Part shown: positions 39,301 through 47,777 of the stretch, one piece after another
Layout: every line of letters starts with the position of its first letter
Numbering within the stretch: the stretch's first letter is position 1
Origin: a bacterium
Lineage (GTDB): Bacteria > Patescibacteriota > Dojkabacteria > SC72
DNA: 64,000 bases
Direction: 5' to 3'
Assembly (NCBI GenBank): GCA_021108295.1
Contig: JAIORF010000005.1
Coordinates: 72,531 to 136,530, forward strand
Program-made: the position numbers and the translations under genes
Notes under the pieces: model-generated
Seen by the model: the letters and a program-made list of their open reading frames with translations, nothing else
What the model was told of the DNA's origin: nothing
The model's database searches: none

Positions 39301-40241
39301 AGATGACCATGCAGACATTCCATAAGGGTGGTGTTGCAACAATTGATATCACTCAGGGTATCCCAAGAATTGAAGAGCTATTTGAAGCAAGAAAACCAAA
39401 AGCTGAGGCAGAGATATCATCAATAACAGGTAAGGTCCATATTGATTATGCTGAAGATGATTCTGCAACCGTTATCATCACAGGTACTAAGAGAATGCAA
39501 AGGCATTACATTGTATCTGATGTTAAGGATATTACAGTATCAGACGGCTCAAAGGTTAAATCTGGTCAAATTATCTTTATTAACAAAGAAGGATCAGAAA
39601 AACAGGCTCCTTTTGAAGGAAAGGTAACCATTGAGGGTGGGATTATGGAATTTGTGGGAGATGTAAAGGCAGAAGAAGTTATAACAGTTCTTCCTAATGT
39701 CGCAGTACTCGTGAAAGAGGGAGACTCCATTACAGCAGGAACTCAGATTACACGTGGTTCAATTGATCCTAGAAAGCTTTCTGAACTTGCTGGTATACTT
39801 GCAGCACAGAAATATATCCTAGATGGTACACAACAGGTATTTAGTGAGCAGGGAGTTTCAATAGGAGATATTCATATCGAAATTATTCTTAAACAGATGG
39901 CTAGATTGGGTATTGTCATGGATTCTGGAGATTCAGATTACTTAGTTGGTTCTCTAGTCAATAGATTCATATCTAGGGTTAGAAATGAGTCTCTTGTTCA
40001 GAAGGATAAGAATAAGGCTTTAGTAATACCAAAACTTATGGGTATCAAGGGTTCTGCATTAAATACAGAAAGTTTCTTGTCTGCAATGTCATTCCAAGAG
40101 CAGGTAAGGGTGCTTACTAATAGTGCAATCCTTGGAAAGACAGATACATTAAGAGGTATGAAGGAGAATGTAATCATTGGAAGAAGAATTCCGTCTGGAG
40201 AGGGTGCTCGTTTAGAGAACCTGAAGGAGTATGATTTTTAA
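36375..40241 (+). CDS. rpoC: RNA polymerase beta' subunit
   Basis: GLFCEKIFGP, LLGKRVDYSGR, NADFDGDQM, AQSIGEPGTQ. Confidence 0.98.
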   Translation: MNNKNNIYASFEALKLSLASPEQILEWSYGEVTKSETINYRTFKAEPEGLFCEKIFGPTKNYECYCGKYKKIRYKGIVCDKCGVEVTTKDVRRERMGHVKLAVPVAHVWFAYGVPNKMAIVLNMSHKKLLSVIYYTRYMVIEIEKKLRKETLKKAQALKTQDTDSLQSELEEEIKLSSKDFDGNIKESKKEGADEFKLSQLEHKKKQSLAKIRREFAEREEIIEIFYDRIFQLIESIEIGETLTEDEYIDLEDRDLLFFNAKMGAQAIKKLLDDLDISGEVARLRKDAKEQKGEKKASTIKRLQYLEGFLKNDIDPTWMVIDVLPVLPPELRPIIPLSGGKFATSDLNDLYRRIVTRNNRLSRLIEIGAPEVILRNEKRMLQESVDALIDNSHRPSKPMMNSKRLPYQSLTDDLRGKKGIFRKNLLGKRVDYSGRAVIDGDPSLKIDQCGLPKAVALEMFKPFVIHELLEAELAPNIRIAKEQIEEEEDIVWDLLEKVIDGKPVLLNRAPTLHKYSIQAFYPRLVEGDAIRLHPLVCKAFNADFDGDQMAVHVLLTQEALDEAKENMMASKNVVNISNGLVLATPSKDMLLGFFMLTDLNEVKKPRIFASTDLAVKAYERDVINANEEILVKINDEVVNTSVGRVIFNNILPEDYTFINERIGGTQIREIANDLKDNYPWDLLVETLDNLKLLGFKYATDIGFTMAPEDCKIDFDLESRIAEMDKKDEQLQDNYLQGLITESEKINLSITMWNDFATELADEAWEELDKNNPIFEMVESGANGGKIQARQVLTIKGMVRDSRGNWVPLPIKGNYRDGLSSFEYFVAANGGRKGIADRSLRTSSTGYLTRKLVDVAHDVIIRDDNCGYEGEGLSMKRDDDRRMTFASRIFGRVLAQNVVSGKKTLLKKDEAITKEMSYTIDEAGIDEIFVRSPLLCKSPYGLCAKCYGLNLENGTEIDMGRAVGVIAAQSIGEPGTQMTMQTFHKGGVATIDITQGIPRIEELFEARKPKAEAEISSITGKVHIDYAEDDSATVIITGTKRMQRHYIVSDVKDITVSDGSKVKSGQIIFINKEGSEKQAPFEGKVTIEGGIMEFVGDVKAEEVITVLPNVAVLVKEGDSITAGTQITRGSIDPRKLSELAGILAAQKYILDGTQQVFSEQGVSIGDIHIEIILKQMARLGIVMDSGDSDYLVGSLVNRFISRVRNESLVQKDKNKALVIPKLMGIKGSALNTESFLSAMSFQEQVRVLTNSAILGKTDTLRGMKENVIIGRRIPSGEGARLENLKEYDF

Positions 40242-40270
40242 TTATTTGATTTTATAGTATAATACTAGCC

Positions 40271-40678
40271 ATGCCAACGATAAATCAGTTAGTAAGAAAA
40301 CCTAGGAAGGATAAGAGAAAGAAGATAAAGCACCTTGCTTTAGCTACCAATCATAATCCACTTAAGAACAAGTATACCTTAGCAAATAATCCTTTTAAGA
40401 GAGGTATTTGTTTGCAGGTTAAGACGATGACTCCTAAGAAGCCTAACTCTGCTTTAAGAAAAGTAGCAAGAGTAAAGCTTTCTAATGGTCAGGAGATAAC
40501 AGCATACATTCCTGGAGAGGGTCATAATCTTCAAGAGCACTCTGTAGTGCTAGTTAAGGCTGGTAGAAAGAGGGACTTGCCAGGGGTAAGATATATCATT
40601 GTAAGAGGTAAGTATGATTGTGCAGGTGTTGCTAATAGAAAGAAGGCTAGATCTAAGTATGGAGTTAAGCGTAGTTAA
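40271..40678 (+). CDS. rpsL: 30S ribosomal protein S12
   Basis: [35 protein letters not shown]. Confidence 0.98.
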   Translation: MPTINQLVRKPRKDKRKKIKHLALATNHNPLKNKYTLANNPFKRGICLQVKTMTPKKPNSALRKVARVKLSNGQEITAYIPGEGHNLQEHSVVLVKAGRKRDLPGVRYIIVRGKYDCAGVANRKKARSKYGVKRS

Positions 40679-40702
40679 AGATTAATATTTAAGTAGATAA
40701 TT

Positions 40703-41170
40703 ATGAGGGGAAAAAGAGCAAAAGTTAAACAACCAACGTTAGATAGGAAGTATAATAACCCTATCATAGGTAGAATCATAAATAAGGTAATGCAGGATGG
40801 TAAGAAAAGTCTTGCAGAGGATCTTGTATATAGTGCTATCGAAGAGGGAGCTTCTAAGGTGAAGGTTGAAGTTGTAGAGTTTATAAATCAAGCTATTGAT
40901 AATATTAGACCGGCTCTTGAGCTTAAGGCTAGGAGAGTGGGTGGTGCTAATTATCAAGTCCCTATCCCTGTAACTCCAGTGAGACAGGAGACTTTAGCAG
41001 TAAGATGGGTTGTAGATATTGCTAGGGGTAAGAGTGGTAAGTCTTTTGATAAGATTTTGATGAAAGAATTTCTTGAGGCATTTAAGGGAGAGGGAGAGGC
41101 AATAAAGAAGAAGGTTGATATAGAAAGAATGGCAGAGGCTAATAAGGCATTTGCTCATTTTAGATGGTAA
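40703..41170 (+). CDS. rpsG: 30S ribosomal protein S7
   Basis: RRVGGANYQVP, MAEANKAFAHFRW. Confidence 0.98.
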   Translation: MRGKRAKVKQPTLDRKYNNPIIGRIINKVMQDGKKSLAEDLVYSAIEEGASKVKVEVVEFINQAIDNIRPALELKARRVGGANYQVPIPVTPVRQETLAVRWVVDIARGKSGKSFDKILMKEFLEAFKGEGEAIKKKVDIERMAEANKAFAHFRW

Positions 41171-41192
41171 TATCTTAAAAGGAATTAATAAA

Positions 41193-41217
41193 AAAGAGGA
41201 GGTTTAACCTCCTCTTT
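41193..41217. terminator. Bidirectional intrinsic terminator
   Basis: AAAGAGGAGGTT-T-AACCTCCTCTTT flanked by A and T tracts between convergent genes. Confidence 0.85.
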
Positions 41218-41234
41218 CTCTTTATATGTCCGAA

Positions 41235-42305
41235 TTACATACCAACTGGTTGTACAGGTGGTGGATTATTAACATCTGGCATAACAGGTGTTACTTGTTC
41301 TACAGGTTGATTAATGTCTCCAACAGAAGGTGTAGGTTTTCGTGTATTAATATCAGGCATAATAGGAATCTCTCCTACCATAGGTTGACTAATATCAACA
41401 GTAGGTGGGGTTGGTTCTGGCATAGGGGTTTGTATATCTGGCATAGCAGGAGATACCTGCTCTACAGGTTGAGTAATATCAACGACAGGTGGTGTAGGTT
41501 TTCGTGTATTAATATCGGGCATAATAGGTACTTCTTCTACCATAGGTTGGCTAATATCAACAGGGGGTGGGGTTGGTTCTGGTGTAGGGGTTTGTATATT
41601 TGGCATAACAGGAGATACCTGTTCTACAGGTTGATTAATCTCTACAACAGGAGGAATTGAATCTGGTGCAGGAGTGTCAACAATAGGTGTAGTAGGTCTC
41701 TGTGTATTAACATCTGGCATGATAGGTGCTTCTTCTACCATAGGTTGACTAATATCAACAGTAGGCGGAGTTGGTGTAGGGCTTTGTATATTAGGCATAA
41801 CAGGAGCTTGTTGTTCTACTGGTTGAATAGGTTTGATATCAGGTGGTTGAGGAACTGAGGAATTTAAAGCATCCATAATAGATTGCATATCATCACTCAC
41901 CTTTTCTGGAGAGGGAGGTGTATTTGCTTGTGTAGTACCTAGTTCTGGAGTAGGAGTAGAAGGTTCAGGAGTTAAATCTTCTAGATCTTCACTTCTTTGA
42001 GAGTTGTCAGGTAAGGGGATTTCTTTATTATAAAGATCTTTGTTCTGAACTGTTGGTTGATCTGGTGTTGGAACTACTGCTGGTGTAGGGGTATTTAGAT
42101 CTTGCATAACAGGAGCTTCTTCTTGTTGCATTTTTGGGGTAAATATCTCAGGTTCTTCAGTAGCAGGGGTTTCTTCTTTGAAGGTTTTAGAAGAGATTAT
42201 TTCTTTTGTATCATCTTCTTTGTTTCCCTTGATTACGGCTAATATAATAGAGATACCGACTATTAGTATTAGTACAACGAGGATTATTATAATAGTAGTA
42301 TTCAT
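41235..42305 (-). CDS. Membrane-anchored Pro/Thr-rich repeat protein
   Basis: N-terminal TM, low-complexity body, seven QP(V/M)...MP repeats. Confidence 0.85.
   Translation of the reverse strand: MNTTIIIILVVLILIVGISIILAVIKGNKEDDTKEIISSKTFKEETPATEEPEIFTPKMQQEEAPVMQDLNTPTPAVVPTPDQPTVQNKDLYNKEIPLPDNSQRSEDLEDLTPEPSTPTPELGTTQANTPPSPEKVSDDMQSIMDALNSSVPQPPDIKPIQPVEQQAPVMPNIQSPTPTPPTVDISQPMVEEAPIMPDVNTQRPTTPIVDTPAPDSIPPVVEINQPVEQVSPVMPNIQTPTPEPTPPPVDISQPMVEEVPIMPDINTRKPTPPVVDITQPVEQVSPAMPDIQTPMPEPTPPTVDISQPMVGEIPIMPDINTRKPTPSVGDINQPVEQVTPVMPDVNNPPPVQPVGM
41250..41830. repeat. Intragenic tandem repeat with 162-nt higher-order period (boundaries approximate)
   Basis: CTACCATAGGTTG recurs at 41375, 41537 and 41735. 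Confidence 0.85.
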
Positions 42306-42390
42306 TCTTAAGCAGTTTAAAGTTATCTATATACAGAATATATTAAAAGAAGGAGGGTGTAAAGATGGGGTATGGGTTACATACATTGTC

Positions 42391-42420
42391 TTGTGATATC
42401 GTCTAACCGAATGATATACT
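42391..42420 (+). repeat. Promoter-like direct repeat, copy 1
   Basis: TTGTGATATCGTCTAACCGAATGATATACT; 27/30 identical to 43086..43115. Confidence 0.8.
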
Positions 42421-42537
42421 TAATCTAGTTAAGGACAAACAAGTGTATCTTTTATTAGTCGTTTGGTATGCTTGGAAATGGCCTAATCGTGAGGTTAGCT
42501 CTGATGATAAAACCTAATAAATTAAACAATAAAACAT

Positions 42538-43080
42538 ATGAAAAATATCCCCCTACGCAAAGCTGCAATGATTGCAGGTGCTAGTTTAGTATTAATGACG
42601 ATTTTAGCAATCATTTTCCTTCTTGATATACAAGCCACATTCTATTCAATTGTTGGGATTTCAATAATCATTATTCTTGATATTACAGTTGCATTAGCAC
42701 TCTATTTCTTGTTAAAACCAGTAAACAAAAACATCTCCTTATCAATGTCTCTGTTTAGAATTATATATGCAGTAATCTTTGCAATAGCTTTGTATAATAT
42801 CTATGACTTAACAACATTTCATTCCATTTGGGATATTGGATCCATCTTCTTTGGAATTCACCTTTTCATTTTAGGTTTTCTAGTTTGTAAATCAAGATAT
42901 ATTCCAAAATGGCTTGGTATTCTAGTTGTCATTGCATCATTGGGGTATATAATAGATCCACTTCTGAAGTTTTCTGGATACACATTTGAGATTGGAATGT
43001 TCACTTTTAGCGGAGAGGTTTTGTTTGCGCTATGGCTAGTAATCAAAGGTAGGAAAATATCTGACAAATCCATTTCGTAA
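42538..43080 (+). CDS. DUF4386-like membrane protein
   Basis: ILDITVALALYFLLKPVNK, FFGIHL, YIPKWLG, GEVLFALWLVIKG. Confidence 0.75.
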   Translation: MKNIPLRKAAMIAGASLVLMTILAIIFLLDIQATFYSIVGISIIIILDITVALALYFLLKPVNKNISLSMSLFRIIYAVIFAIALYNIYDLTTFHSIWDIGSIFFGIHLFILGFLVCKSRYIPKWLGILVVIASLGYIIDPLLKFSGYTFEIGMFTFSGEVLFALWLVIKGRKISDKSIS

Positions 43081-43085
43081 TGTTT

Positions 43086-43115
43086 TTGTGACATCCTCTA
43101 ACCAAATGATATACT
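43086..43115 (+). repeat. Promoter-like direct repeat, copy 2
   Basis: TTGTGACATCCTCTAACCAAATGATATACT. Confidence 0.8.
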
Positions 43116-43151
43116 AAATTTAATAAATTCTTATTATTAAGGACAATCATT

Positions 43152-43604
43152 ATAAACAACAAAGAGCAATTCAAAATCATTGGCATTTCAGTTAGAACAA
43201 CCAATGAAAATGAGAAAGCAATGAGCGATATCCCTGCATTATGGAACAAGTTTTTATCAGAAAAACTAATTGAAAAAATACCGAATAAATTGAGTCTAGA
43301 GATTTATTGTATCTACACAGAATACGAGAAAGACCATACAAAACCATATACAACAATAATTGGTTGTAAAGTTGAGAACTTAGATGAAATACCTGAAGGA
43401 ATGATAGGAAAAGAATTTAAAGCTGGTAAATATCAAAGATTTGTTGCGAAGGGAGATACGACAAAAGGCTGTGTTGTTCAAGAATGGTTAAAGATTTGGA
43501 ATTCTGACTTAGAAAGAGTGTACACAGCAGATTTTGAAGTTTATGGTGAAAAGGCTCAAAACCCAAAAAATGCAGAAGTTGAAATTTTTGTTGCAATTAA
43601 ATAA
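43152..43604 (+). CDS. GyrI-like small-molecule/effector-binding protein (no canonical start for the full domain)
   Basis: In-frame EQFKIIGISVRTTNEN upstream of ATG 43221; IPALW, YTEYE, WLKIWN, ADFEVY. Confidence 0.75.
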   Translation: MNNKEQFKIIGISVRTTNENEKAMSDIPALWNKFLSEKLIEKIPNKLSLEIYCIYTEYEKDHTKPYTTIIGCKVENLDEIPEGMIGKEFKAGKYQRFVAKGDTTKGCVVQEWLKIWNSDLERVYTADFEVYGEKAQNPKNAEVEIFVAIK

Positions 43605-43614
43605 AGGAGATATT

Positions 43615-43887
43615 ATGACTATAAACAAGAGAGAGATATTAAACAATATTTGTTATACAGAACTTGTTTACGAGAGAATAAATAAGAAGCTTAATATTGA
43701 GTTCTCAAAGAAACAGATTGAAGAATATATACTCAAGGTTGTAAAAGAAACTGAGGAAAAGTTCTTTAAAGAAGTTGGAAAAAACTTTTATATTATAAAT
43801 ATAGAGAATAATATTAAAATAACGATAAACTCAAATACTTTTAGAGTTATAACTGTTGACAGAATTGAGAGAAAAACATATTTTTGA
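43615..43887 (+). CDS. DUF3781-like small protein (start ATG 43615)
   Basis: CYTELVYERINKKL, GKNFY, ITINSNTFRVITV; SD AAGGAG. Confidence 0.7.
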   Translation: MTINKREILNNICYTELVYERINKKLNIEFSKKQIEEYILKVVKETEEKFFKEVGKNFYIINIENNIKITINSNTFRVITVDRIERKTYF

Positions 43888-43944
43888 TGTATAATGGAAA
43901 CAGAAATTCTAAAAAGATTAATTAATAAATTAAGAAAAAAAACT

Positions 43945-44763
43945 ATGAAGAACAAAACAATGCTAATCATCGCCTGTTTGGTAATAATTATAGCAACTTT
44001 AGTCGCTTGGAGCTTACTTGGGGAAGATATTGTAAGTACAACTAAAGAACAGATGGAAGAGCTAGAGACAACAGATGATCTGAATAAAGATGTTGGAAAT
44101 GAACAAGGGTCGGGAATTACGGAGGAAGAAGGACTGATTGCTTATTACCCTTTTGATGGAGACGCTAAAGATTACTCAGGTGAAGGTGAAAACGCGACCA
44201 ATTACGGTACGGCTTATGTAGAAGGTAAAGAAGGAAAAGCTCTGGGCTTTGAAAATAGGGATAATTATGTTTATGCACCAGTTGATATCAACCCAGCTTC
44301 AATGCCACAGATGACAATGACGGCGTGGGTCAAAGCAAGAGAAGGAAGTATCATTGTTAGACAGGTGATAGGTAATCAAGGTGATAATGACGATTATAAT
44401 CGAAGTATGGGAACGGATTTTAGAGGAGGTGGAAAAGGATGGTCATGCTTTGCTGGTACTGGAAAAGTTTTGGGATATGAGCCTGTTGTTGCTGATAAAT
44501 GGACATTCATTGCGACGGTTTATAATCAAACTGCTGGTACAGTAAAATTATTTATAGATGGTTCTATTTATGAGAAAGAGGGTATCTTAGCCGATAATGG
44601 TAATGATCATATTTTAATTGGCGCTGAAGGAGTTGTTGTTGAGGAACAAAGTCATCATTTTAATGGGGTTGTTGATGAGGTAAAAATTTATGATTATGCG
44701 TTGTCTGATACAGAATTAAATTCACTTTATAAGACTGGGACTGCAAAACTGGAGTCTGAGTAG
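43945..44763 (+). CDS. LamG/concanavalin A-like domain surface protein
   Basis: TM, GLIAYYPFDGDAKD, MTMTAWVK, WTFIATVY, FNGVVDEVKIYDYALS. Confidence 0.88.
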   Translation: MKNKTMLIIACLVIIIATLVAWSLLGEDIVSTTKEQMEELETTDDLNKDVGNEQGSGITEEEGLIAYYPFDGDAKDYSGEGENATNYGTAYVEGKEGKALGFENRDNYVYAPVDINPASMPQMTMTAWVKAREGSIIVRQVIGNQGDNDDYNRSMGTDFRGGGKGWSCFAGTGKVLGYEPVVADKWTFIATVYNQTAGTVKLFIDGSIYEKEGILADNGNDHILIGAEGVVVEEQSHHFNGVVDEVKIYDYALSDTELNSLYKTGTAKLESE

Positions 44764-44864
44764 TTCTCTATTGCTCTGAGTGTGGGAAGAGAAAGTGACA
44801 TTGTAAAGGATTTCAATATGGCAGTAGAAAGATTTATAAATACTTAATATTGTTAAGGTTCACG

Positions 44865-45247
44865 ATGAACAAAAGATTAATCTATGCATACATATGCTTA
44901 GCATTAACTAACCCAATTGGGACAGGAATACTTATGCTTACTGGTTGGTTGTGTGGAGACAAACCAATTATTATAATTGTAGCTTCTTCATTATTATCAA
45001 TCATCATAGCGATTCTATGTTTGAAAGAATATAACAAAAAGATTATCAAAACCTTGTACTACTCAGTTCCTATATTCTCTATAATAATTTCCCTATTCTT
45101 GTATCCGTTTTGGCAGGTTACGCAAAATTCGAAGATAGTGTACTCAATAAAACATGGCCCTTTGTTTGGATGAATGTTTTTTGGATTGCACAAATAGTAG
45201 TAGCTTCCTTCACGTTTAAAAAAGGAATAAAACAGAAGGGCTTGTAA
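44865..45247 (+). pseudogene. Membrane protein gene with apparent 1-nt frameshift at T4 45108..45111
   Basis: Adding one T continues the frame as LAGYAKFEDSVLNKTWPFVWMNVFWIAQIVVASFTFKKGIKQKGL*. Confidence 0.5.
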
Positions 45248-45297
45248 CTCAGGAGGGGATAAAGAATGTATATATTTAAACTTTTAACATTACAACT

Positions 45298-45696
45298 ATG
45301 GAGATAAGATTAAAGCAAAACAAATTAAATTCACCTACAATCTATATTCAAGCTGTTATTGCAGTACTCCTTATTCAGCTAGTCCATAAGATTGTCCGTG
45401 AGATACCAGGAGCAATTAATCTTGGTGGGGTAGGGGCAATAGCAACTCCAATATTTGCAGGATTACTTGTGATTAGCATAATACTACTAATTCTGAGAAA
45501 CAAGTATGGAATATTTCTAGGTTTAATAGCTGGAGTATGGATGATATTCCAACCAATACTTGTACATATAATCATGGCACATCCGGATCAAAATGGAATA
45601 TGGTGGTATCCGGTATTTCCTTGGTTTCAAGCAATATTAATAATATATTTCTCATCCCTTATTTTGCGGAATGAAAAGAATATAGAGAGGGGATAG
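45298..45696 (+). CDS. Hypothetical membrane protein (4 TM)
   Basis: Hydrophobic 132-aa ORF. Confidence 0.7.
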   Translation: MEIRLKQNKLNSPTIYIQAVIAVLLIQLVHKIVREIPGAINLGGVGAIATPIFAGLLVISIILLILRNKYGIFLGLIAGVWMIFQPILVHIIMAHPDQNGIWWYPVFPWFQAILIIYFSSLILRNEKNIERG

Positions 45697-45752
45697 TTCG
45701 GAATCATTGGTTTACATAAAAACATTTATATAACTTCACCTTAATAAATAAT

Positions 45753-45980
45753 ATGCCAGAATTAAAACTTGGTAAATATAAACACTACAAAGGGAAACAA
45801 TATGAAGTTATTGCTCTCGCAAAACATAGTGAAACACTAGAAGAATTGGTAATCTACAAAGCACTTTACGAATCTAAAGAATTTGGAAATAATGCTGTGT
45901 GGGCAAGACCAAAAAGTATGTTTTTTGAAACTGTTAATATTGATGGAAAAGAAACACCTCGTTTTAAGTCTGTTGAATAA
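45753..45980 (+). CDS. DUF1653 family protein
   Basis: GKYKHYKGKQYEV..AKHSETLEELVIYKALY..WARPKSMF..PRF. Confidence 0.9.
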   Translation: MPELKLGKYKHYKGKQYEVIALAKHSETLEELVIYKALYESKEFGNNAVWARPKSMFFETVNIDGKETPRFKSVE

Positions 45981-46006
45981 AACAGAACTTTTTCTAAAAT
46001 ACTAAA

Positions 46007-46945
46007 CTACTTAGTACTCTCAATCCTACCCCAAGTCTTCTTAAAATCCTTCTTAATTACTCTCCTCTCCCAAAATATCCTAATCCATGTCCATAGCCTA
46101 ATAGGAAATAGGAGTAATGACCAGAAAAACTCCTTAATACTTTTTGCATACTTAAAAACAAAGAAAAAATACCCCAACTCAATACCAAAACTCCTACTCT
46201 GCTTATCCCTCTTGAAAACTCCATACTCTTCGAGTTGTATAAAACCGCCAATAGACCTAACCTTCTGTTTGAAATAATCACTAAGTGTAGTAGGGTACTT
46301 AACAAAACATTTTGAGTTAGGAGTATAACCAATCTCGTAACCCTCATTCCTTAAGGTATATGAAATAAAAGCATCATCAGAAAGTACATCCTCTGGAATA
46401 TCTATACCTATGCTTCTAATAGCCATAATATAGCCACTCATTGGGAAAAACTCCTTGTCACTCATGTAATAATCTGTACCCTCAACGAACTCCATAGTAC
46501 TTGTTCTTCTATGATGAGCACTATCTGAAAGTAAATGACCATAATAACCCATCTGACTATCTCTTACATCCATAGATACAGGTCGACCACTTACACCACC
46601 GACCTTCTTATCCTCGAAAGGTTTAAGAATTTCCTTTACAGCATTCCTCTCGAAGTATGTATCACCATCTGTGAATAGGAGAATGTCTCCCCTTGCTTTG
46701 TTGAGAGCTAACTTCAATGCATAAGGTTTACCCTTACAAGGATCTATTATCTGTATAAATTGCTTCTTATTTAAACCCAACCTATTAGCAACCTTCTTTC
46801 CAGCTTTAAGAGTTAAATCATCTGGGGATACCTGCAATATTTCAAAAGGGGATTGTATGCCTGAATACTTCCTGTTTGCAATACACTCTATACACTTACC
46901 TATACTCCTGGGCTCTTTGAAAGATGTAATGATTATAGTTATCAT
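46007..46945 (-). CDS. Glycosyltransferase family 2
   Basis: GKPYAL, FTDGD, VGGVSGRP, SDDAF, QKVR (QxxRW-like). Confidence 0.88.
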   Translation of the reverse strand: MITIIITSFKEPRSIGKCIECIANRKYSGIQSPFEILQVSPDDLTLKAGKKVANRLGLNKKQFIQIIDPCKGKPYALKLALNKARGDILLFTDGDTYFERNAVKEILKPFEDKKVGGVSGRPVSMDVRDSQMGYYGHLLSDSAHHRRTSTMEFVEGTDYYMSDKEFFPMSGYIMAIRSIGIDIPEDVLSDDAFISYTLRNEGYEIGYTPNSKCFVKYPTTLSDYFKQKVRSIGGFIQLEEYGVFKRDKQSRSFGIELGYFFFVFKYAKSIKEFFWSLLLFPIRLWTWIRIFWERRVIKKDFKKTWGRIESTK

Positions 46946-46981
46946 ACCTAATTATACATATTTAAACCTGATATCGGAATA

Positions 46982-47662
46982 CTACTCCTTAACCTCTTCC
47001 TCTCCACCTTCCTCTGTTGAAGCTTCCTCTTCGCCCTCTTCACCTTCCTCTACCTCAGTACCGTCATCCACCTCCTCATCTTCTTCCTCTTCCTCTATAA
47101 CCTCAATCTTTTGTAACTGAGTAATTGTAACAATTGTAGCAGTAGCATCCTTCTTATGAAGTAATTCTACATTCTTAGGTAATTCAATATCGTTCACACT
47201 AATGGTTTGACCTGGAACTTCTAAATTACCAACATTAAGTGTAATATTTGACACAAGGTTCTCTAACGTGCACCTTACAGTCAAAGAATCTAACACTTGA
47301 ACAAGAATACCGAGATTGTTTTTAACTGCAGGAGATACACCCTCCAAAGTGAAAGGTATTGTAAATATCATAGAATCCTTTGGATTTATCTCAAAAAATG
47401 CAACATGCAAGATATTATCTGTCCGTGGATCAATATCGAAATCTTTAACAATAGCTTTGTACTTTTCCTTACCTATTTCAACATCCAATACTGTAGTAGA
47501 AGTGGCAATCTTGTAGAGCTGTATTGCAGTACGCTTGTCAATTGATACATTAGTACTCTCACCCTTAGAATTATAGATAACTGATGGCACCAAATCCTCT
47601 TTTCGTAAAGACTTAATTTTCTTACCAACAAGCTCTCTTTTTTGTAGTACTATTTTCTCCAT
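46982..47662 (-). CDS. rplY: 50S ribosomal protein L25/Ctc (likely start ATG 47662)
   Basis: GKKIKSLRKEDLVPSVIY, ILHVAF, GVSPAVK; acidic tail. Confidence 0.9.
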   Translation of the reverse strand: MEKIVLQKRELVGKKIKSLRKEDLVPSVIYNSKGESTNVSIDKRTAIQLYKIATSTTVLDVEIGKEKYKAIVKDFDIDPRTDNILHVAFFEINPKDSMIFTIPFTLEGVSPAVKNNLGILVQVLDSLTVRCTLENLVSNITLNVGNLEVPGQTISVNDIELPKNVELLHKKDATATIVTITQLQKIEVIEEEEEDEEVDDGTEVEEGEEGEEEASTEEGGEEEVKE

Positions 47663-47720
47663 AAGTAGGAAGAAGTATATCAAAGAATATGGTGTTTGGC
47701 AACAAGATTTTGTGTATAAC

Positions 47721-47776
47721 TTGACCTTTTCTTAATACTTCAATATACTTTAGCACCTAATATCACATCTTGCTAA
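47721..47776 (+). promoter_or_regulatory. hrcA promoter with CIRCE (47750..47776)
   Basis: TTGACC-17-TATACT, then TTAGCA-N15-TGCTAA (27 bp). Confidence 0.85.
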
Positions 47777-47777
47777 A

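Noticed and set aside
41226-41830. CRISPR array, or the + strand 144-aa repeat ORF
   Set aside because: The repeats are in-frame coding repeats of the - strand protein, with no unique spacers and no cas genes.
42401-43200. Integron attC sites (GTCTAAC/CTCTAAC cores)
   Set aside because: No matching GTTRRRY with a long imperfect palindrome was found and there is no integrase; the repeat reads better as a promoter.
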